Made by a program: the position numbers and the translations under genes. Source: an uncultured Verrucomicrobia subdivision 3 bacterium (lineage in GTDB: Bacteria > Verrucomicrobiota > Verrucomicrobiia > Limisphaerales > UBA11358). Taken from it: a stretch of DNA of 64,000 nt. A model generated the notes under the pieces. The model searched no databases, was not told the origin of the DNA, and worked only from the letters and a program-made list of their open reading frames with translations. Where the stretch lies: assembly GCA_903850425.1 (NCBI GenBank), contig CAINLR010000048.1, forward strand, positions 1,364 through 65,363, written 5' to 3'. This document shows, in pieces, positions 46,861 to 58,300 of the stretch (the stretch's first letter is position 1; each line of letters starts with the position of its first letter).

Positions 46861-47591
46861 GCGAAACCTTCGATTCGGTCTATCCTGATTTTTTGTGTGC
46901 CGGCCTGGAGAAATTGAGCCGGCTCGACGCGCAGCAGGAACTCCCCGCGCTCTTCGCCGCGCTGGAACACTTCCGCCGCGATCTGCACGAGCAGACCAGC
47001 GTCAAAGGCATTCTCACCGTGAGCCAGAGCTACATCGGCGGCTTGAACCTGTTTTCCAAAGCGGGTTTCTGGACCGTGAATACCAAGGATTTCAGCTTCG
47101 ACCTTTCGCTCGCGGCCAGTGAAGCCGACGGCGTGGTGCTGCAAAGCCTGGTGGATGGCCAGGTGAAGGCCGGCCGCTTTGCCTTTGCGCTGCGGCAGGG
47201 CACACCGGTTTTTTTCCTGCTCGGCTCCGAGTCCGATCCCGAACGCGGCGTGCTCCATTCGCTGGCGATCTCCAGCCAGGTCATGGGCATGTTCTGCGGC
47301 CTGCTGCGGCGCGAAGCGGCCCCTTCGCAGGAAGTCGCCTTCAGTTTGCTCTCCACGCTGCTGGGCGTCTGTGCGGATGCCCTCGCGACCTTGCGCCGCA
47401 CGCGCCAGCTCACCAGCCAGATCGAGACCCTCCAAAGCCTGCTCCCCGTCTGTGCCTGGTGCAAAAAAGTCCGCAACGACCGCGGCTACTGGTATCAGAT
47501 CGAGAAATACATCACCGCCAATTCCAACACGAAGATCACCCACGGCATCTGCCCCGAGTGCCAGGATAAATTTCTCAAACCGGCCGAGTGA
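46857..47591 (+). CDS. Signalling protein with C-terminal CxxC...HGICPEC zinc-ribbon-like domain
   Basis: LLPVCAWCKKVRNDRGYW.QIE.YI......ITHGICPEC. Confidence 0.8.
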   Translation: MSETFDSVYPDFLCAGLEKLSRLDAQQELPALFAALEHFRRDLHEQTSVKGILTVSQSYIGGLNLFSKAGFWTVNTKDFSFDLSLAASEADGVVLQSLVDGQVKAGRFAFALRQGTPVFFLLGSESDPERGVLHSLAISSQVMGMFCGLLRREAAPSQEVAFSLLSTLLGVCADALATLRRTRQLTSQIETLQSLLPVCAWCKKVRNDRGYWYQIEKYITANSNTKITHGICPECQDKFLKPAE

Positions 47592-47663
47592 AGGGCAGAG
47601 GCTCCAACTTGGTGGCCAAGGTCACGCGGCGATCCGGCCAGGTTCTCACGTTCGCTCCCAGGC

Positions 47664-50600
47664 TCACGCCCAGGCACAGAGTTGGTTCACAAAATCAGCT
47701 GAGCCATCGCGCAGCCAGCCATCGAGCTGGGCTTGATCTTTGAGCTGCTGCCCGCGCTGGCGCGGCACCACGGCGTAGCTCGTTTTTATCTCGGGCAACG
47801 CCGTCATGTCCACCCACAGTTTTTCGAACTGGCTCACGGGGAAAACGTCTTCCTGGCCGTGGCCCCAGCGTTTCTTCACGTCTTTGATGGTGATGTAAGT
47901 CGGCATGCGCGCGGCCACCTGACGAACCGCCGCGGCAACTTTTTCGGCGGCGGTTAAATCGGTGCGCGCCAAACCAAAAACGGCGAGCAGCTTGTCAATG
48001 TTGATCCAGCAGGTGTTGGAATTGTAGTAGCGCAGATGAAATTCATCTTCTTCGCGCGGCATGGCTAGGCCTTCGACAAGCCGCACCTGACCGTTCACGC
48101 GGGCCAGTCCGCCGCCGCGATCTTCCAATCGGCGCGTGATGACTTCGAACGTGAAACCGTTGTCCTGCGCAAGATGCAGGCCGAACATCGCCGGGTCGGC
48201 GTCCGCGCCGAGCGTGTCAATGTTGTGCAGCATCAGGTGCTGCAACTGCGGACGCTCGGCGAGCAACTGCGCGAGCGTGCCGTTGCGGAGCAGGTTTGGA
48301 ATTTCAAACCAGTGGCCCACCGGATGCAGGCATTGGCCCGGGAGATTATCGGTGTAATCGCCGCCTTCGCCCGCCGCGCGCGCCCAGTTCATGAGCGCGG
48401 TGCGCAGGCTCGCGCGGACTTTTTGCTGCTGCTCGTCGAGTCGTTGTTGCGGCATTTCCTCCCAGAGAAAACGCAGGTCGCGCACCATGGGATTCAGGCG
48501 GAGACCGATGGAGCGTCCGGGCGAGAGCCAGAGCGGGCCGGGATAATTGTAATTTTTTTGCCGGCCTAAAAATTCCTCGGTCGCCGCGTGCGTCAGGTAA
48601 CTCGTCGTAAACACATGCGGCAGCGCGCAGCCCGCGAGCTGGCCGATGCGGCGGCTCTTGGCGAGGTGCGTCTCGATGAACGTCCGGTGCGCGCCGGCGA
48701 ATTTGCAGAACGGATGCAGCGCCTTTACCACGCCCGCGCCTTGCGTCCAGCGGCTGCCCACGCCGGCGGCCAGCGTGACCACGGCGAGTTCGCCGCGCGC
48801 GATGGCAGCGAGACCGGATGCGCGGAATTTCTCTGCGAGCGGTTCGGTGGCGTTCAACACATCCGTGTCCTGCACGTCCCTGATGTCGGCGCTGGCGGGC
48901 AGCCGATTTTGGGCGAGACCGATGCGGCCATTCTTCAAATCATCGCGGATTTGCTCATGCTGCACGCGGTCAAACCCATTTTGTTCGAGCAAGTCCGCGA
49001 GGCTTTGCGGCTTGCCGCTTTGAGCTTTCAGCCGGGGCAACAAACGGTCGAACAGCGTCTGCATCATACCGGAAAGTTCCGGGTGCGTGCGACACGCCGC
49101 GCTGAACTTGTCCAGTTCCGCGCGCTGCGGTTTCGTCAGCGCCTGCGGGTCGGCGCGCAGCCAGCGCGGAACGTGCAGCGCGTAATAGCCGCGCGGGAGC
49201 AGCGCCTCGTCGCCGTGCAGCAGCTCCGCCCAGGTGCCGCGCTCGTTGATGGCAAAATCATAAACCACCGGCTCCATCGCGAAGGGCAGCGCGTGTTCCA
49301 GTTCGCGCTTCGTCTGCGACATGATCTCCTGCAGGCGCCGTTGCGCCTCGGCCTTCCGCTTCGGCTCAAAAATGAAGCCCATGCCGCCGCCGGCCATGCC
49401 GCCGAGCATCCAGAAACCCCAGAAATCTTCGCCGAATTCTTTTTGCACCGAGGCGATGAGCGATTCGGTGAACGCATTGCTGGCCCAGGGAATAATGGTC
49501 TGCAGCGGCGCGCGAAAATTGCGCGTGGTCAACGCGCCGACGGCCCGCAAATCACCCGACCGCAACGCCAAAATAATTTCATCGAGCAAGCCGATGGCCT
49601 GCTGGCGTCCCGTCCATTCGGTTGCCGAACGAAGCAGATATTTTTCCGTCACCATTTCGAGAATCGGCCCGACGTTCTGCGCCATGCCGCCGTGGACAAG
49701 CACGAGGCTTTGCTGCAAACGTTCGCGCGTCCCGGCCGAAACCTCGGTGCGATTCAATATCTGGTGGGTCGGCATGAGGCGGCCCCGGCTGATGCCAAAC
49801 TCAGGATCGCCTTCGGCCGCCGCCACGCCGCAAATCAGTTTCATGCCCGGCCACACGCCGCCGGAATCCTGCCAGCCGCCGCCCGAGCCGCCGAGCCATT
49901 CGCCCAGCAGCGCGCGGGCGAGCACGAGCCGCCGTTCTTCTTCCGCGAGTTCACCGGTGAGCGATTTGGCCTGACTGGTGGCTCGCATGCAGACGGAGAT
50001 CAGTGAGGCGAGCAGGTTGGTCGAGACGGCAAGCCGCGAGCCTTTCGGAATGTCGTTGACGTGGCTGACCAGTTCCAAACCGCGTCCCGGCCCGACAATC
50101 CGTGCGAGTAAATCCGCCAGTTCCAAGCCCGAACCTTCAATGCCCGGCGGCACGATGCCCGCAGCAATCACCGCCGCTTTCAACAAGCCCAGATAGTCGC
50201 GCGCGAAATCAAAAACCTCGGCCAGATTATTAATGTCCGCCGTCGCGCCGAGATCCACGCTCGTCAGGCGCAAAATGGGTTCGTCAATCACGCGCAAGCA
50301 CGCTTCGACCGGCGGTTTCGCCGTCTGGTCGCGGCCATGCACGCCGAGGTCAATGGACACATTGAGCACGCGCGCGCCTTCGGGAAAATCCATGCCGAGG
50401 AAAAAAATGTCGCTCCAGCCGGAATGGCTCAGATCCATGCGCACCGGCGTCAGTTCGCGCAGCACGGGATACGTGCCGTCATCGCCGCGCGACAACAATT
50501 CCGGTCGCACGCGCAGCGGGTGATCTGCCGGATGCCCCATGCGAAACATCCATTGGTTGCCGCGCACGGAACGCACGCTGCGCCGCACCTGGTCGGCGAG

Positions 50601-50984
50601 CGTTTGAAATGCGATGCGTTGATAAACATTGGCGAGAGCGCTGGAAATGGCGTCGCTGGGACCGGACGTTTTTTGGACGGTGAGAAATTGTTCCAACGCC
50701 TCCTCGAAGCGCCGTTGCAGCAGTTGTTCAAATCCTTTGAAGGGAATCATGCCATCGGCACCGGCGGGCAATTTTGCCGGCAGATGAAACCGGTGAATCG
50801 CATAAAGAAAAAACAAAGCGCGGACGCGTTCGTAAAGATTGTCGCTGCGACGGCGGAAGGCGTCCAGTTCCGCGCACGCCGCGAGGAGTTCATCCGCCGA
50901 GGCCCGGGCGCAAATCGCGTCCAGCGATTGGTTGCGGATGGCTGGATCCGCCGAGGTGATGATTTCGATGAGCGGATGGGCCAT
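47664..50984 (-). CDS. Bifunctional GHMP sugar kinase / UDP-sugar pyrophosphorylase
   Basis: [31 protein letters not shown] (kinase); [24 protein letters not shown] (UDPGP family). Confidence 0.82.
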   Translation of the reverse strand: MAHPLIEIITSADPAIRNQSLDAICARASADELLAACAELDAFRRRSDNLYERVRALFFLYAIHRFHLPAKLPAGADGMIPFKGFEQLLQRRFEEALEQFLTVQKTSGPSDAISSALANVYQRIAFQTLADQVRRSVRSVRGNQWMFRMGHPADHPLRVRPELLSRGDDGTYPVLRELTPVRMDLSHSGWSDIFFLGMDFPEGARVLNVSIDLGVHGRDQTAKPPVEACLRVIDEPILRLTSVDLGATADINNLAEVFDFARDYLGLLKAAVIAAGIVPPGIEGSGLELADLLARIVGPGRGLELVSHVNDIPKGSRLAVSTNLLASLISVCMRATSQAKSLTGELAEEERRLVLARALLGEWLGGSGGGWQDSGGVWPGMKLICGVAAAEGDPEFGISRGRLMPTHQILNRTEVSAGTRERLQQSLVLVHGGMAQNVGPILEMVTEKYLLRSATEWTGRQQAIGLLDEIILALRSGDLRAVGALTTRNFRAPLQTIIPWASNAFTESLIASVQKEFGEDFWGFWMLGGMAGGGMGFIFEPKRKAEAQRRLQEIMSQTKRELEHALPFAMEPVVYDFAINERGTWAELLHGDEALLPRGYYALHVPRWLRADPQALTKPQRAELDKFSAACRTHPELSGMMQTLFDRLLPRLKAQSGKPQSLADLLEQNGFDRVQHEQIRDDLKNGRIGLAQNRLPASADIRDVQDTDVLNATEPLAEKFRASGLAAIARGELAVVTLAAGVGSRWTQGAGVVKALHPFCKFAGAHRTFIETHLAKSRRIGQLAGCALPHVFTTSYLTHAATEEFLGRQKNYNYPGPLWLSPGRSIGLRLNPMVRDLRFLWEEMPQQRLDEQQQKVRASLRTALMNWARAAGEGGDYTDNLPGQCLHPVGHWFEIPNLLRNGTLAQLLAERPQLQHLMLHNIDTLGADADPAMFGLHLAQDNGFTFEVITRRLEDRGGGLARVNGQVRLVEGLAMPREEDEFHLRYYNSNTCWINIDKLLAVFGLARTDLTAAEKVAAAVRQVAARMPTYITIKDVKKRWGHGQEDVFPVSQFEKLWVDMTALPEIKTSYAVVPRQRGQQLKDQAQLDGWLRDGSADFVNQLCAWA

Positions 50985-51098
50985 GCGCGTGTCGTAGAAT
51001 GTTAAGTTAGGTCGCCTCTGCAATACTATTCGTGATAGCGAAACTGAATTTGCCAATAGAAGTTGGCTCCGGAAATTTATTCAGCCACATAGTCATAA

Positions 51099-51476
51099 TC
51101 AAAAATCAACCTCAAGATGCCAGCCAACTCCTTGTTGTGCCGCCACACCCAAAATGCGCTCGCAGTCTTTTAAGTCCTGAATCGCCGGCTGTGCTTCTGG
51201 TCGTGACAGCAAAGCTCTTACAGTCGCCAAACCGTCCTGTGCGGAAAACTGCTGGAGCGCTGGCAACTCAATTTCGCCAACATCCACTCCCTCGCTGCTC
51301 ATAAACTCTGCTGCCTGCGCCGGGTCAATGCTGATGAACTCTGAAATCGGTCGGACACCAAGCTGCGGTGCTATGACATCCAGAATTTCGGCTGTCCGCG
51401 CGAGCAGTTTGCCATCTATCATGATGTCTAAACCGTCAATCTTGCGCTCAAGAACAATGAAATATGCGGCTCCCAT
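51099..51476 (-). CDS. Hypothetical AT-richer acidic protein inserted in the sugar operon
   Basis: 125 aa ORF co-oriented between the two nucleotidyltransferase genes. Confidence 0.62.
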   Translation of the reverse strand: MGAAYFIVLERKIDGLDIMIDGKLLARTAEILDVIAPQLGVRPISEFISIDPAQAAEFMSSEGVDVGEIELPALQQFSAQDGLATVRALLSRPEAQPAIQDLKDCERILGVAAQQGVGWHLEVDF

Positions 51477-51493
51477 ATTAATTTATGGTGCTG

Positions 51494-52330
51494 TTAATGA
51501 GGTTCCTGGGCGAGCAGTTCGACGAGACCGGCCAGCACTTCGGAACGGGCCGGGCTGCTCAAGGCCAGCGCCAGTTGCGCGTGGAGCAGACCGTATTTCA
51601 AGCCGACGTCAAACCGGCGGCCTTGTAACTCGCAAGCCAGATATCGCTCGCGGGTCGCGAGTTTGGCGAGCGTCTGGCTCAAATTGGCCGGCAGACCGGC
51701 GGCGACTTCCGCGCCCAGCAACTCCATCACCGCCGGGGTCAAAACATGCATGCCGAAAAAACACAGATAGTGGCCCGCCCGCAAGCCGGGCACGATGAGG
51801 CGTTGTTCCGCGACCGTGGGCGTTGGTTTCTCCAGCACTTCGGACACGAGGTAAAGTCCCTTGCGATTCTCTGCGAGCCGTCCGCCCGCCACGCCGTAAT
51901 ACGGCAGCTTGCTTTCATGCGTGGCCTGCACGGCCGACACGGCGCAAGCCTCGGCGGCGGCAACCTCGACCAGTTGCCGCGCGCAACTGCGGTTTTCGCG
52001 GCTCAAATAGAGATGATCGCCGACGAGCAACAGAAACGGCTCGCCGCCGGTGAACGTATGCGCGCTCCACACCGCATGGCCGTAGCCGAGCGACTGGCCC
52101 TGTTCCACGAACTGCAGCCGTTTGCCATGGGACCCGGCGGCGGCGCGAAAAGTTTCGGCGTCACCCGGATGGACCACGACACAAATTTCCTCCGCGCCGG
52201 AATTCAGGGCCTCCTCAACAATGATGGCGAGGGCAGTCTTGGTCTTGCCGTCGCGGTCCACGAGCGTTTGTAAAGGGAGCGTCCGTTGGCTCGGCCCGGC
52301 GGCGGTGATGACGGCTTTGCGTATGTCCAT
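51494..52330 (-). CDS. Sugar-phosphate nucleotidyltransferase (GalU-like)
   Basis: [12 protein letters not shown]...LGYGHAV, LVGDH, YGV, EKP, D.G. Confidence 0.88.
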   Translation of the reverse strand: MDIRKAVITAAGPSQRTLPLQTLVDRDGKTKTALAIIVEEALNSGAEEICVVVHPGDAETFRAAAGSHGKRLQFVEQGQSLGYGHAVWSAHTFTGGEPFLLLVGDHLYLSRENRSCARQLVEVAAAEACAVSAVQATHESKLPYYGVAGGRLAENRKGLYLVSEVLEKPTPTVAEQRLIVPGLRAGHYLCFFGMHVLTPAVMELLGAEVAAGLPANLSQTLAKLATRERYLACELQGRRFDVGLKYGLLHAQLALALSSPARSEVLAGLVELLAQEPH

Positions 52331-52546
52331 AGGTTTTTTCGAGGCGCGGAAATAGTCTGCCATTTGGTCTGCGGCTGGCGACTCAATTTTGAACTCGTCA
52401 CCCGCCGCACGTTTTTCCTTGGGCCAACCCACTGCTTTTGACCGCAAGAACCCAGCCCATTGCGAACCGTCGCCGGTCCAAGGAGCTCAGCTCACCAGGT
52501 TCAGCTTGAAAAGCCGGGCGGCAAATAATCCGCTGATCTTGCGTTG

Positions 52547-52630
52547 TGGTGGGCGAGACAGGACTTGAACCTGCAAGGGTCACCCCACGTGGTCCTAAGC
52601 CACGCGCGTCTGCCATTCCGCCACTCGCCC
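52547..52630 (-). tRNA. tRNA-Leu (anticodon TAG), CCA encoded
   Basis: Reverse complement GGGCGAGTGGCGGAATGGCAGACGCGCGTGGCTTAGGACCACGTGGGGTGACCCTTGCAGGTTCAAGTCCTGTCTCGCCCACCA; long variable arm. Confidence 0.97.
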
Positions 52631-53536
52631 AAGTCAAACCACAAAAACAGCTTGCCTGCTTATTAGCAGCAAACAGGGCCAAGTGAAACAAAATTTCAGG
52701 TGAATCACTTTTCCCGCCTGGTGTTGGCACGCGGGCAAAGCCCGGTCGAATCCGGGCAAAAAAAACCGGGTCAAGCAGCCAGAAGATAGCTGAGAGACCC
52801 GGGGAATTCAGAATTGAGCACAACGTAGGATTACGGAGAACTCGGATTCCAGTCAGTGCTGGGGACCGGAACCGAAATTGTAAAAGATCAAGTTGCCATC
52901 CGGCGGCTACTGCCCCGTGCAACTGTGAATAGTTAATCATGCTTTCTTATCAATTGCAAGCCATCTGCAAAAGTATAATACCAGCTTACCGATGTTGGAT
53001 GGTTAATTAGCCGCCGGGGCGGGGCTAGTCCGCTCGTTTCACTGTGGGTTGCCAGGGTGGGCAAGCCGCCGGTGGCACCTTTGCCGCAGCGGGTTTCCTT
53101 CGCGCTGAGAATGGGCTGAGGCAACGAGACCTAGCTAAAACGCAGGGTTAAAGGGCTTGCCTCCGCACTGCGAAAAATGCGTGAGGCGGCTTTTGAGCAA
53201 CGTTCAATCCGGTTCAAACGGCAGGTCAATCGCGACCCAGGCCGGCAGATTTCGTTGCGGACTTAACAAAAGATTGTTTTTTTTCTGGATAATCTCTAAT
53301 CTGAATCACAGGCAGGCTTAATTCATAAGCAGCTCAAATGACTCTGGCGTTGCCGGTGTCAGTTGAGCCGGCCAGTCAGGTCCAACACGATTAAAATGTG
53401 CCGCATGTTTGACGAACACCAAAACCAGACCTTGGCCCGCGACCGCGACCGCCGGCCAGCCATTTTCACAACGAGCACAATCCACCGCGAAGTCTGTCCA
53501 CCGCGAAGTCTGCCCGCACGCAGGTAAACTGATGTT

Positions 53537-54940
53537 ATGAAGCAAAAGCCAGCGTCGGTGACGCCCTCAAGAATTGCGGAAAAAGCCGTGGCTGCGACCG
53601 CCGCCGCCAGCCCCAAAAGCAAAGCCCCGTCGCGTAAACCCTTGTTCGAATCGGCGGTGGAGGCGGTCGGGAAGCTCCTCAAACCCAAGCCCGCCAAGGC
53701 GCCGGCTGCGGGCGTTGAAGGCGCCGACAGCCAAGTCATTGCCCATCGCAAAAAATACACGGTGCCACCCATTTTGCTGGAAGGCGATGCGCCGGAAATG
53801 ACCAGCGCCAGCGGGCCGGGTGAAAAATATTCGCTCGGGGCCACGCCGCCCCGACAGCGCTTTTCGGGCGGGGAACTGCCGGAGGCTTACGGCACCAAGA
53901 AACTTTTTCTGGCCGCTCGCGATCCGCACTGGCTTTACGCACACTGGGACCTGACTCGCGAACAGCAGCTCGAACTCAACGGCGCCGCCGCCGACGGCCA
54001 TCTTATTCTCCGCATTTACATTGGCAAAATTGAAGGCCATCCCACGTCCGAAATTCACGTCCATCCGGAATCGCGCCACTGGTTCGCCCACGTCGAACAG
54101 GCGGGGAATTCTTACGCCGCCGAACTGGGGTATTATTCTGTCCTGGGCAAGTGGACGCGCGTCGCCGTTTCCAGCGGCACGGTCACGCCGCCCGACGCGG
54201 TAGCGGCCGAAAACGACGCGGAATTTGCGACCATCCCTTTTGATTTTCCGTTTGCGCGACTCATGCAGATCATTGAGGAAGCCGTCCGCGATAACCGGCC
54301 GCTGGCGCTGGCCATCGAGGAATTGCGTCGCCACGGGCACCCGGACTTGCCGCGGTTCTCGTCCTCGGGCGTTTCCTCCATTGCGCCGGCTCCTTCCGCC
54401 ACGCCCGGTCCGACGCGGGTGTGGACTCCCGAACAGGAGCGCGCTCTGGCCAAGATCATCAGCATTGACGAAACCAGGCGCGTTTGGATGGGCTCGCTCG
54501 AAATCACTGAACTCATCCGCCGCCGGCTGACCCACGATGTCTCCTCGCCAACCACCGCGTTTGGCGGGTCCAGCCCCGGCATTTCCAGCGCCAGCAGTCC
54601 GTTCGGCGGCGGTGCCAGTGCCTCCTCAAGCAAAGGTTTTTGGTTCAACGTCAACGCCGAGTTGATCATCTATGGTGCCACGGAGCCGGGCGCGACGGTC
54701 ACGCTGGGCGGACATGCCATCAAATTGCGCGCGGACGGGACATTCAGTTTCCGTTTTGCGTTGCCGGATGGAAATTATGAGCTGCCGGCCGTGGCCGTTG
54801 CCGCCGAGGGCAACGACACCCGCACGGCCGATTTGAAATTCAGCCGCGCCACCCAATATCTCGGCGCGGTCGAGGCGGCGCTGCCGGATCCGGCTCTCCA
54901 GCCGCCGGTGGCGGACAAACTCCCCGCCGCGCAACCTTGA
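53537..54940 (+). CDS. DUF4912 domain protein
   Basis: LPEAYG..KLFL.ARDPHWLYAHWD, FWFNVNAELIIYGATEP.A.VT..G..I.LR.DGTF. Confidence 0.88.
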   Translation: MKQKPASVTPSRIAEKAVAATAAASPKSKAPSRKPLFESAVEAVGKLLKPKPAKAPAAGVEGADSQVIAHRKKYTVPPILLEGDAPEMTSASGPGEKYSLGATPPRQRFSGGELPEAYGTKKLFLAARDPHWLYAHWDLTREQQLELNGAAADGHLILRIYIGKIEGHPTSEIHVHPESRHWFAHVEQAGNSYAAELGYYSVLGKWTRVAVSSGTVTPPDAVAAENDAEFATIPFDFPFARLMQIIEEAVRDNRPLALAIEELRRHGHPDLPRFSSSGVSSIAPAPSATPGPTRVWTPEQERALAKIISIDETRRVWMGSLEITELIRRRLTHDVSSPTTAFGGSSPGISSASSPFGGGASASSSKGFWFNVNAELIIYGATEPGATVTLGGHAIKLRADGTFSFRFALPDGNYELPAVAVAAEGNDTRTADLKFSRATQYLGAVEAALPDPALQPPVADKLPAAQP

Positions 54941-55030
54941 TTCCAGTTACTCGAAGGAAGGCTGCGAGCCAAGGTTTCATCGCCTTGCAATTGGCCAGGT
55001 TTTTGGCTTTCCTAACCCGACTGCAAGGCC

Positions 55031-55252
55031 ATGAACCGCTACGAATTTCAACTCCGGATTTCGTCCGATCAATATCTGGATTATTATCGCGGCACGGTTC
55101 GGCAGGTGATCGTCGAATGCAGCAATGGCCAGAAAGTTCAATTCCCTGCGGCACTGCTCCAGCGGTTTGTCACGCAAGACGGCATTCGCGGGAACTTTGT
55201 GCTGACGTGTGATGCGCAGCACAAGCAAGCTCGATTGGAACGCCGGGCGTAA
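55031..55252 (+). CDS. DUF2835 family protein
   Basis: F.L.IS...YL.YY.G....V.....G..VQFPA..L..FVT..GI.G.F.L. Confidence 0.82.
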   Translation: MNRYEFQLRISSDQYLDYYRGTVRQVIVECSNGQKVQFPAALLQRFVTQDGIRGNFVLTCDAQHKQARLERRA

Positions 55253-55308
55253 TCGTCCGCCCGCCGCTGCCCGGCGCGCAGCCACGTCTAGGTCTTGAGC
55301 CAACCGGT

Positions 55309-58300
55309 TTAAATCTGACCGTCAGCTTTCACCAGTCCGCGCGACCGCCACAAAAAGTAAATCGCCGGATACACCGCCAGTTCCATGATGGTCGAGGTGA
55401 TCACGCCGCCGACCATCGGCGTGGCGATGCGCTTCATCACGTCCGCGCCCGCACCGTGGCTCCACAAAATCGGCGCGAGGCCGGCGATGATGACGCATGC
55501 GGTCATGGCTTTTGGGCGAACGCGTTTGACCGCGCCGTGATAAATCGCGTCGCGCAAATCTTTCGTTGAGTGCAGCACGTTTCGCTTTTTCCAATCCACG
55601 AATGCGAGGTCGAGATAGAGCAGCATCACCACGCCGGTTTCAGCGTCGAGGCCGGCGAGCGCAATGATGCCGACCCAGACAGCGACGCTCAAATTGTAGC
55701 CGCACAGATAAATCGCCCAGAACGCGCCGACCAGCGAGAACGGCACCGCGAGCATCACAATGGCGGTCTTGATGGCGGATTTGGTGTTCAGGTAAATGAT
55801 GAGCGTGATGAGCAGCAGCGTCAGCGGCACGACGATCATCAGCCGTTCCTTGGCGCGCAGCATGTATTCGTATTGGCCGCTCCAGAAAAGGTTGTAGCCG
55901 CCGGGCAGCTTGATGTCGCCGCGCGCCACGGCCTCGTTCACGGCGTGCATGGCCATCTGCACATACGTTCCGATGTCCACGCCGCGGATGTCCACATAGA
56001 CCCACGCGTTCGGCACCGCGCCTTCGCTCTTGATGCCCATCGGGCCGTCCACGACTTTCACCGTCGCCAACTGGCCGAGCGGAATCTGCGCGCCGGTCGG
56101 CGTGGGCACCACGATGTCCTCGCGCAATGCCCGCAGATCGGAACGGAAATCACGGTCGTAGCGCAAATTGATCGTGTAGCGCTGCAAGCCTTCGACGGTC
56201 GTGGTCAACGGCATTCCGCCGAGCGCGACGGACAAAACATCCTGCACGTCGGCGAGCGTCAGGCCATAGCGCGCGATGGCTTCGCGATCAATTTCAAATT
56301 CGATGAAGCGCCCGCCCATCACGCGCTCCGCAAACACGCTCGTGGTGCCGGGAACTTTGCGGACGACGGCCTCGACCTCGGTGCCGATGCGTTCGAGCGT
56401 GGCGAGGTCCGGTCCGGCGATCTTGATGCCGACGGGCGTCTTGATGCCGGTGGAAAGCATGTCAATCCGCGTGCGAATAGGCATGGTCCACGCGTTGTTC
56501 AAGCCGGGAATCTGCACGACTTCATTCAGCGCATCGGTGAGTTCGTCCGGTGTGCGTTGGCGGTGCGCGATGACTTTGCCGTCGTCGTTCTTGATGTCCA
56601 CGGCGGGCCATTCCGCTTCGGGCTTAAGCCGAATCGTGGTTTCGATCATGTCCATCGGCGCGGGATCGGTGGCGGTCTCGGCGCGACCGGCTTTGCCGAA
56701 AACCTCCGCGACTTCGGGGAACGATTTGATGAGCCGGTCGGTGACTTGCAACAACTCGCGCGCCTTCGTCGGCGAAATGCCGGGGAAGGTGGTCGGCATG
56801 TAGAGCAAGTCGCCTTCGTAAAGCGGCGGCATGAATTCGGAGCCGATATTTTGGAAGGGGAAGAACGAGCCGAATTTTGCGGCGACGTTTCGCAGACTCG
56901 GGCGCCAAGTGGTTTGGGCGACGCGTTCTCCCTCACCCTGACCCTCTCCCGCCGGGAGAGGGGACACGTTGTGACCGCTGGTGGATTGTTGGGAGTTGGT
57001 CGAACTGTCGGCAGCCGAGGTCCTGCCGGAAGTCGAGGAGCGTTTCTCCCTCTCCGCGTCGGCGGAGTCGGCGGAGCCGATGGGGAGAGGGCCGGGATGA
57101 GGTGCGCGTTGAACTAACTTTTCTCCTGATTCTTTGGGAAGATTTGCCACGATGAGCGAGTTCCACGGAAAGAAAACCCATGCCACCACGAGGAACGCCA
57201 CGACGATCACGCTTTTGCGCCAGCGGATGACAAAATCCAGCAGCGGATGATAAATCCAGATGAGCAGGCGGTTGAGCGGATTCTTTTCTTCCGATGGAAT
57301 TTTACCGCGAATGAACCATCCCATTAGCACGGGCGCGAGCGTGATGGACAACAGCGCGGCGGCGGCCATCGAATAGGTTTTGGTGAACGCCAGCGGCTTG
57401 AACAGCCGGCCTTCCTGTTCCTGCAACGTGAACACCGGCAGGAACGAAACCGTGATGACGAGCAGCGAGTAAAATAGCGTCGGGCCGACTTCCACCGCCG
57501 CGTCGCGGATGATTTCCCAATGCGGCTTCTTGCCCTGGTCATGTTCGAGGTGCTTGTGGGCGTTCTCGATCATGATGATGACGGCGTCCACCATCGCGCC
57601 GATGGCGATGGCGATGCCACCGAGCGACATGATGTTGGAACTGATGCCCTGGCCGAACATCACCAGCAACGCGATCAACACCGCCACTGGCAAAATGATG
57701 ATCGCCACCAGCGCGCTCCGCAGGTGCAGCAGAAACAGAAAGCAGACGAGCGCCACGACGATGCTTTCCTCGATCAGCTTTTCTTCGAGCGTCTTTACCG
57801 CGTGGTCAATCAACTCGGAGCGGTCGTAGTTCACCGTGACCTTCACGTCCGCCGGTAACGCTTTCATGGCTGTCGCCAGCTTGGCCTTCACGTCCTGGAT
57901 GACCTGATACGCATTCGCGCCGTAGCGGACAATGACAATGCCGCCGACGGTTTCGCCTTCACCGTTGGCCTCGGCGATGCCGCGCCGCATGTCGGGGCCA
58001 AATTGGATCGTGGCCACGTCGCGCAACAAAATCGGCACGCCTTTGTCGCCTATACCGACGGCGATTTTTTTCAAATCGTCCAGGCTCGTGACGTAGCCTT
58101 TGACGCGCAAAATGAATTCGCGTTCCGCCAGTTCGAGCGAGCGGCCGCCGACTTCGCCGTTGCTGCGTTCGATGGCGGTGCTGACGTCTTTCAGCGCGAG
58201 GTTGTAGGCGCGCAGCTTCGTCGGGTCCACCGTGACTTGATATTGTTTCACGAAACCGCCGACACTCGCCAGTTCCGCCACGCCCGGCACGGCGGTGAGC

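Noticed and set aside
52547-52630. tRNA-Leu as an island integration site
   Set aside because: I saw no integrase and no duplicated tRNA 3' end in the window, and the downstream genes are host-like.
52398-52940. 180-aa minus-strand ORF
   Set aside because: It runs through the tRNA gene and has no protein-like features.
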